Positions 55,300-64,000 of a stretch of DNA of 64,000 nt are shown here, piece after piece. This stretch comes from the human T2T-CHM13v2.0 reference genome, Homo sapiens. The DNA is taken from NCBI RefSeq assembly GCF_009914755.1, contig NC_060930.1; one strand, 5' to 3'. The translations under genes were made by a program, and so were the position numbers. The notes under the pieces are model-generated. The model was not told where the DNA came from. It worked only from the letters and a program-made list of their open reading frames with translations, and did no database searches. Within the stretch, counting starts at the first letter, position 1; every line of letters begins with the position of its first letter.

Positions 55300-55664
<365 letters not shown>

Positions 55665-58600
55665 TTATTTCATAGAGGAGATTATCAGCAGGAGCAGAAG
55701 CAGCATGATCCATATGAGAATCATCGTCACCATGATCCATATAGTAAACAACCTGATATAGTAATGATAAAGGACAGTACAATGAAAGGAACTGTAGGTG
55801 CAGTGAGGGGAGAGGGACTGTCTAGAAATATAGTGTGTTCCAGGTGCATGGTTGTTTGATGGTGGGAATTAATTCGTAGTTTTGTTTTAGAAAATATAAA
55901 TTGATTTACCACATAGCCCTCACAAAGACTTCTGTATATATTGTTGCTTTGTGTTAAACATTTCAAAAATTTGTAGGGCAGTATCTTCAAGGATAAACTC
56001 TCTAAAGTGTACTTGCAGGTAGTTCCATGCAGCTAGTTATTGTGAAGTCATATATTTAAACAGCCAGTAAATCTGGGAATTGGATTCTCTTGCATCTGTG
56101 ACAAAGCCAAGAAACCAGTGTTGAACAATTTTAGTCTAGGTCAGTGAGGCTTACTTATTTTTTAAAGTAACAGTTCCAACATGAAGATATTTTTAAATAA
56201 TTATATTGGAAATATAGATTTAAAACTGTTTATTCAGTCAAATATTTAGGACCCCTGGAAGATAATTCCTTTCTTGAGTCAATAAGTTAGTCTTTGACCG
56301 ACATTAACGTAGTTTGCTTTTTAATGAAACATGTATATACAATCTATATGGATTTGTTGATATTGCTTCTTTATCCTCATTTTTTTGTGGTTTATCTTAT
56401 TTCAGTTATTTACTTCTGTCACATGGAGTTGGAGTACAGTTGAAAGAACGTGACTTTATAAAGCTTGACCAGTTTTTCATTGAGTCAGAGATTTAGACCA
56501 GTGACTGCAATGTTTTGCAACCTGATTTCCTATAGCTGTAGTTTTGGAGTTTTATTAATATGGCTATCTAGAAGTTTTCTCAAAAACAATGCGAAGGCAT
56601 AAAATAAAATGTTCTCCAAACTTCTGTGTCTGGTGATTTTCCACTGCCAGTCAAAGAATTTCCAACTTAAAAATAAAGTCCTTTAATGTATCTATAAATT
56701 ATTTGTTTGCATAGCCAAAATAAAAACAAAGACAAACAAACCAAAAAATAAGTAGAATAAAACAGAAAAGAAAGGCAAAAACAAACTATTCATAGTCACT
56801 TGAGGGATCTCTGGTGTCAAAACTTGTTTATATTACCCACTATTTGCTACAGTATAAACTTTTCTACTTTTTGTAGATTAATAGTATATTTTAAAATAAG
56901 AAGTATCAGTCCCACATAATTACTTCTGTTTTGTTCTACATATCCTTAAAATTCATCTTTATTATCATTTTACTATTTTCATTTATATCACTAAAAGCAT
57001 GTATCCATCTTTACATTTTTTATTTCCTTGTCTTTGGGATATAGAGGCAGGTAAAAATTGATTTGACATTCAGAATATTATTTCAACTTAATGCTGTTTT
57101 GCTAGTATTGCCTGGGTCTGGATAAGGACTAATATTTTCCTTTATCAAAGATATTTATATGTAGAGTTTGTTCTTGTAATGTCTTTGCTGTGAACTTGCC
57201 CAGCACAACAATTTCTTAAACCTATGGTTAACATCCAGTCCCCAAACAATGAAAACAAATAAACCCCAATTTTTTCCACAGGGTTTCCTGGCTGGTTATT
57301 CCGAGACTTTGCACTTGACAACCTGTTCTCCCACGTGAATGGAATACTCAGTGTCAATGTGGAAGCCTGGTCAGTTGGAAAGTTGCAGTAAAATATTTCC
57401 TTCTGCTGTACAGCACTTCCCAAATTCTTATTTATGAAGAGTCATTGTGTTGAAACAAAACAAGTATCCCTAAGATTGTCAATTTTGTGATTTGTTATCC
57501 AGGTTATCTTACTATTCTATATTTAGATTCTGGGAGGGAAATTTCTCAGTTATTAGGCCTCAGGTCATATTTACACATGAAATTTATTCTTCTCCAAACT
57601 GTTTTGTGTGGAAAGCATTTTGGCCATTATCAATGACCTTGAAGACTTTTCTTCAGATACATTTTCATTGTCATTTAATACAGATAATACAGTATGGTCT
57701 AGATTTCTTGAAGACCATGACCACATTCTTATTTTATAATCCTAAGGCACTAAGTTGTGTGCGCATGCATGTGTGTGTATGTGTTTGTGTGTTTGTTGTT
57801 CAAGTTTTCCGGAATTTTAATTTATAAAATTTATCTAAGGCATTATAGCACCAGGCCAATGTAGAGGTAAGAAAGATGGCATTGAACATCATGGTGTTTT
57901 GGGAATGTTTCTGGACCCCAAAGCTTCATGTGATCTCAAAATCTAAATTTATATAAATGTACATAACTTTTAAAACTAGGAAGAATTAATCTGATGACTG
58001 ATGTTTACTGTCTCCAATTTCTTTTAATTTCTCAATATCGATTACCCTTTTCAAAGCAAACCCACAATGTTTTCTGTTTTCTCAAAGCCCCATTATCTAC
58101 GGTATTTCATGTTTAAAATTACAATAGTTATTTTCTTACTACCATCAATCCTGCTATTGTTTAGATAATTTTTAAAGGAATATAAACTAAAAAAATGAAT
58201 TACCGGAAGTTAGGAAGCTTACAACCTATTAGAAAATAAATATTAAAATATATTTTACATCTAATGTCTACTAAATAATTTTTAAGGTATAATACAAGCT
58301 GTCTTCAAGGAAACATTGTTAGGGATATCTTGAACAATCTGGCCAATTAATAATTTTTACAAACAACAGGACTTCAGCATTTTTCTAAGCCCATTTCAAG
58401 CATGTTTTGCAAAGATTACAGATATTACATCTATTTTGGTTACAATCACTAATTAACTGTAAGTCTGATCTCTAACACCACGATTTCATATTCTTCATCT
58501 CAATTGTGTAATGAGACATTAAGCTCTATTTCTAAACTCCTTTACAATTCACAATACTGACATATCTCAGTTAATCCTCATGAAGTGTTTGTGAGGAAAG

Positions 58601-59594
58601 GCACTATTCTTATTTTGTAAAAGAGGACAAGGTTAATAGAGATGAGGAGATATTATCAAGAGAATGCACCTAATATGGCAGATTTAGGATTAGTCACAAG
58701 TCTCCAACTCGGAGTACAAAGTTCTTTTTACTGCATAATCGCTGATTTTATAAGTGTTATATGAATATGATTATAAATATTAGCATATAATGTTGATGGA
58801 GAAATTAAAACATAATGAAGTTTTGTTGATTACTCAAGATTTCAAATAAGTAAACTGCTGGGTAGAAAAATATATTTTTCTTAGTTTGTACGTGCTATTA
58901 GAATTGACAGAAATGCTTATAATTATATAAAAATGCAAAATGTTTTTAGTATACATTTTTATACTCTGACAATGTGGATTTCTGTGGTGCTCTATAGTTA
59001 TAATGCAGTTTCGTGCACATTATCTCATTCTACCCTCAGAAGAAAGAGGGGTTCTATGAGAGTTACCTTCTGAGTCGAATGACTGAGCTCATGATTCAGC
59101 CAGAAATTTTGATTCTGAGTTCCATATAACTGCTTTGTAGAGTTGTGTCATGGTGGTGTTTGCATCCCAAAACTTTGCTCTCAAATTCAACAAACTATAC
59201 ACACAACCAGAAAAAGTACTGCCTCTACCAAATATGTTAATAAAGTTTCCCTTTCCTGGACCAGCTACTGAGTTTCCTTGCCTGTGTCCTAAAATTATAA
59301 AACATAAGGATGGCACCACAGGGCTTCAAACAAATATTTAATCACTCTCTGGGGTAGTTCAACTCCGGAGGTTTCATTGAGTACGAATATTTTCTGAATA
59401 CAAATATCTTTGTCACACCAATAACTTAATAAATAATAATTGATGCATTTACATGAATCAACTTAATAATACTTCAGTTTACCTGAATTATCAAAGTTAC
59501 ATATCAGAGAGAAAGACACAGGGGATGTTCTTGGTTTTAGGATGGAAGCAGAGTGCAATTATGAACAAAGGGGAACTTTTAAAAGGGAAATATT

Positions 59595-60555
59595 TTTCTT
59601 TTTTTAAAAACCACTTCACTGAGGTATATTTGACATAGAAAAAACTGTGCATATTTATTGTATACAACTTAATGAGTTTGGAGAGAAATATACACTCATA
59701 AAACTAGCACCACATTCTGTGCCATAAACATATCCGTCACCTCCAAAACTTCCACCCTGTTTATTATTATCTTTTTTGTAATAAGAACACTTAACGTTAA
59801 GGTTTACCTTCTTAGCAAATTTTTAAGTATGACACACAGTATTGTTAACTCTAGACACAATTCTATACAGTAAATCTCTAGGGTTTATTCATCTTGTATT
59901 ACTGAAACTTTGTACCTTTTGACTTATACCTCCCCGTTTCCCCTGTTCCCCATCTGCTAGCAACCACCACTCTATTCTCTGTTTCCATGAATTTGACTAT
60001 TTTAGATTCCTCATATAATACTACTTATACTCCTCATTATGTTCCTCATATAATATTTTCCTTCTTATCTGGCTTATTTCACTTAGCACAATGTTCTGAA
60101 GTTTCATCCATGTTGTCAAAAATGGCAGGATTTCCTTCTTTTTCAAGGCTTAGTAATACTGTGTTGTATGTTTATACCACGTTTTCTTTATTCATTTGTC
60201 AGTGAACATTGTTTCAACCTCTTGGCTATAGTGAATAGTGCTGCAGTGAACATGGGAATGCAGACATATCTTTGAGATTCTGATCTCAATTCCTTTGGAT
60301 AAGAAGTGGTATTGCTAGACCATATGGTAGTTCTATTTTTAATTCTTTGAGGAAAGTTTATACTGTTTTCCATAGTGACTGTACTGATTACATTCCCATC
60401 AGCCATGTAGAAAGGTTCCAAAATTTCTCCACATTCTCATCAACACTGACTTCTTTTTAAATTTTTATAATAGGCCATCCTAACAGGTATGAGGTGCTTT
60501 CTCATTGTGGTTTTGATTTGTATTTCTTTGATTGTTATTTATGTTGAGTATCTTT
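59595..60555 (-). mobile_element. L1M (L1MA/MB-type) 3' end, antisense
   Basis: CTGGCTTATTTCACTTAGCACAATG, TTGGCTATAGTGAATAGTGCTGCAGTGAACATGGG and CTCATTGTGGTTTTGATTTG are reverse-strand L1 ORF2 end/3'UTR sequence. Confidence 0.88.
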
Positions 60556-63457
60556 GGTGGTAAACATAGCTGCCATCCAAACTGAAATTTCTAACATGCA
60601 TTTAGAAAACAATAGCGCTAACAAACTCCTAATGGCTAGAGATAATATGCAACTCTCCCAAGGATTTATACCTTTTTTTTTTGGTCCTGGAACCAAAACC
60701 AGAAATTTGATTTTAAGTTACTTAAAATTGTTAAAGAAGTTCTTGCTGAAGCCCAGTGGTCTGAAGAGGCCTCTAGCCCTGCTTTGGGCCTTGAGCTCAA
60801 GGGACAAAAATCTGTATTACCTAATTTTATGCAGTGTTTGCCTTCAGATATGTTTAGGGAGTGAATATTGGCCTGAATTTAGAATAAAATTAACAAAGTA
60901 TTTGAGGACCAGTATTTTCACTATACTAGGCACTTTGACAATAATTCAATCATGAATGACAGTAATTCAGTTGTGAAAGATAATTTATGTAAATTTTGCA
61001 ACAGTACACATAGATTTATTTATAAAATACACTTTAATATTTTATAGATTGTATGATTAATGATTAAATTTAACAAGTATGTCTTCGCATTTTATTGTAA
61101 TGCCTAGATAATAAGCCCTATTAAATAATATTTATTTCTTATCCCTGACCTGTAGTTAGGTGAAATTAGACTTTCTAGGACTTTGCTGTATAGCAAATTA
61201 TTGCTTATTTATCCCAAAGTTAGCTCCTCTATTATGTATAATTTAGGGTAAGTGGAAGCACACTTTTCCATTGCAGGCATGGAAACATCTTAAATAGACT
61301 TCTAAAATATGAAGAAACATTTCAAAATATATTTTCAGTATATTAATCCAGAGTTAAGAGTTTATCTTAGTTCTTAGACTTCAGATTTTAACTCTTGTGT
61401 ATGAGACTGTTTCCCAAATGAATATCCCTGTAAAATATTAAAATGTTTATATTTTTAATATCACAGTGTAACTAAAACAGTATTTAACTCACGTATGCTG
61501 ACCATGGTATGTGTCCACGTGTCAATATCTTACCTTGTCTCAACTTAAAAACCTATTCTTAGAACTCAGTTGGCTTTTTGTGTATGCAGTGCATAAAAAC
61601 ATTCAATAAACATATTTTGTACAATGCTTCATTCAGTTCCAACTCACATCCTGCTATAGAGGACTCAAAAAAGTAAAAGAGGAAAATATTTTAAGAGGTT
61701 CAGGAAATACCTGGGAAGGATAATTGTGATTTTTGGTCTGTGAAGTTTACATTTTTTTGAATGAAAATCTATTCTATTAATATCTAGAAAGAACAATCTC
61801 TTTTTGAAGGTGACCACATGTATGTATTTGAAATTGCTATTCATTGCTGTGTTGCTGTGAGCCAATCTTAGAATTGGTTTGAATTCCATCTTTTACTATT
61901 ATTCATTATAATGATGTTAAAAATATGCTGCATATTACTTCTAGAGATAGTCAAGAAGTTCAAATTTTCTAATACTTCAAGGCTTTGGGACAGATAAGCT
62001 TTCCTTTACTACCTGCACATTAGGTACACATTCCACTTGGTCAAGTAGAGCTGTCATGTAAATTGCTAAATAGATATTTAATATTTGAAATTAGAGGAAT
62101 GGTTTTTTTATATTTTTAACATACACATGCTCAATCGTGCCTGTATATTATTTTGAAGGGATTTTTGTTTAATTGGCATTGATCGATCTTATTGAAATCC
62201 ATTGCGCTTTAACACTAGACATCATGATACACAATTCTAAATTATAGAGATAGAGATACATGTTTATGCCTTGTTACATACTCTAATCATAATGACCTGG
62301 GTTTAGGAAACACTGGTTCTCTTTAGAGAAAATGTATGTGTAATTTAGCTGACTTTTATTTCTGCACTGATAGTTGGGTGTTTATTAAGTTTAATAACCT
62401 ACTTTTTCACAAGGGATAGTATAAAAATTTTAAAATTGCTCACAAAATATAATGCTCAAAATTATAACACTTCATTGAACTTGGCTAGTTATGAACTTGA
62501 GACATTTCCATAGACACAAGCAGCTGACGTATTTCCTGATTCTAAATTAATGGTAATAGTGAATTAGTTCCTAGGACGTTTTATTGACTGTGAGGACCAA
62601 GGTGCTTTTGTATTGACTCCATAAGCAAATACCATGAATTTATCATTTTGCAGCTATGCCACCTGGCAGCCAATATCTTTAATCAACTATTAGAAAAGTG
62701 ATCAAGGAAAATGTTTTGTGTTAATGAAATATTAGACTCTGAATATTTTAGGAGCATGTTTTGTTGAGTGTTGCTTATTCCGTTAATAATAGTGAAATCT
62801 TAGTTATAAAGACAAATTAAGAGTGCTTCAAAGTTCAGTAATATCTTTCAAACAGTAATTAGAGGGATAGAAGAAACAAAGGTAGTTTACAACTAAGTAT
62901 TTAGATTTTAGATTTTATTTTTTGTAAGTCTTTAAGCAAAAGTGTTATATTTTAATGGGTAATGATGAAATTAGTGATAAGAATACTATTAGCCATTCAG
63001 AATATGAAGGAAGTATAATTGTATACTAAAATATATACAAATATTGTATGCTAAAATAATGAATGTGTTTTTTACATTTACATTTGTTAGCAATATTTAG
63101 TAGATAGCTACAAAACTGTGTATGGCCAAAGTTGGAAAAAATAAAATTTGTTTAAGCTGCAATATCTGTAGCATCCATTTTATTACGGGATACTGTATGA
63201 GTCCTGGCTCCTCACTGGAATCATCTGACAGACTATGTGTAATATTTATCCAGTACCAAAGCAATTAAATTAGATTCTTCATTCAGCATCATTATTCTGC
63301 AAAGCTTATATATCATAGAATAGCACTGCTTGATAGCACTGTTTTCATAATAAAGTGTGTTGAGTATCACCATTGAATCTTACCCAGAAACATCAGCTTT
63401 TGGTCCTTTGCCTATAAGAACAGTTTTTTGCAGATCGAATATTCACGAATATATGTA

Positions 63458-63565
63458 TCTCATATGGTGGTTCAACTCCATGTTTTACTCATATTTGATT
63501 TATAATATTAATAGATTTACTTAGGATAATATGAGCGAAACAAGGGGTTGAACCGCCATATGAGA
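63458..63565. repeat. Imperfect inverted repeat: 38-bp arms, 32-nt loop
   Basis: Left arm TCTCATATGGTGGTTCAACTCCATGTTTTACTCATATT versus the reverse complement of the right arm TCTCATATGGCGGTTCAACCCCTTGTTTCGCTCATATT: 33/38 identical. Confidence 0.85.
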
Positions 63566-64000
63566 AATTGGGGCATGAACCAGAGAAGAATCCTGAGGAG
63601 TAGTTTTCAAGACCTAAGTCAGGTTATTGAGGGATACAATAAACTTTTGTTTTCTTGAAGTGTTTAAAGTAGAAAGAATTTTTGTCATTTTTTTAAACTT
63701 CAAAGACTTTTTAAGGTAGCTTTTGAATTAATGATCAATTTTTCTTTTTGGGGGAAATATAATTTTCTTTCTCTTCAAATATCTCAGTGTTTCTATTAAT
63801 TTTCACAGAATTTCAAAATGAATCAGCATTCAGGAAGTCATTAGGCATTTTTACTAAGTATATGAAATTATAGGATAGAGTTTTACAAATTGCAATAATT
63901 ACCTTTTGAATTATAACATTTGTGTTAGTAGTAATTTCAATTTTATTAATATAGTTTTTCTTTCAGAACAAGCTGTCATAATACTAAAGAGAGAGCTACT

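Noticed and set aside
55706-55745. CATGATCCATAT direct repeat
   Set aside because: Only 12 bp and two copies, with no supporting structure.
57230-57420. Possible enhancer with a CACGTG E-box
   Set aside because: A single hexamer and mildly higher GC are not enough without conservation or chromatin data.
60554-60955. 133-aa ORF next to the L1 fragment
   Set aside because: Non-ATG start, no recognisable domain and no convincing splice signals.

Overview
This is AT-rich, Alu-containing primate (very probably human) genomic DNA from inside the RIMS1 gene (RIM1, presynaptic active-zone scaffold), + strand. Two internal coding exons are clear. 11211-11551 (341 nt) holds the end of the zinc finger plus the SGAWFF Rab3-binding motif. 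13920-14785 (866 nt) is a CpG-rich linker exon containing RRHS. About 49 kb of one long intron follows. That intron holds two short ATG-initiated exons missed by the ORF track: 44754-44853 (MCAPGIHVSSEGWEEVRSVDSEEGTIEARRAVA) and 48820-48874 (MFAGFLQFLLLHTLHSGT). Both end in the same splice phase as the 866-nt exon, so they look like alternative first exons for N-terminally truncated RIM1 isoforms. The rest is mostly transposon fossils: a near full-length Tigger2, an internally deleted HERV-L provirus with intact target-site duplication (TSD), 11 Alus, THE1/MLT1/MER50-like LTRs, a piggyBac MITE (MER75A-like), L1/HAL1, L2, MIR and microsatellites. The most unusual unexplained structures are a tandem-plus-perfect-52-bp inverted repeat at 45849-46058 and a 38-bp-stem hairpin at 63458-63565. 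I see no evidence of a novel multi-gene system, and nearly all other listed ORFs are spurious. Repeat subfamily names come from recalled consensus sequences and need Dfam/RepeatMasker confirmation. Most repeat boundaries are approximate.
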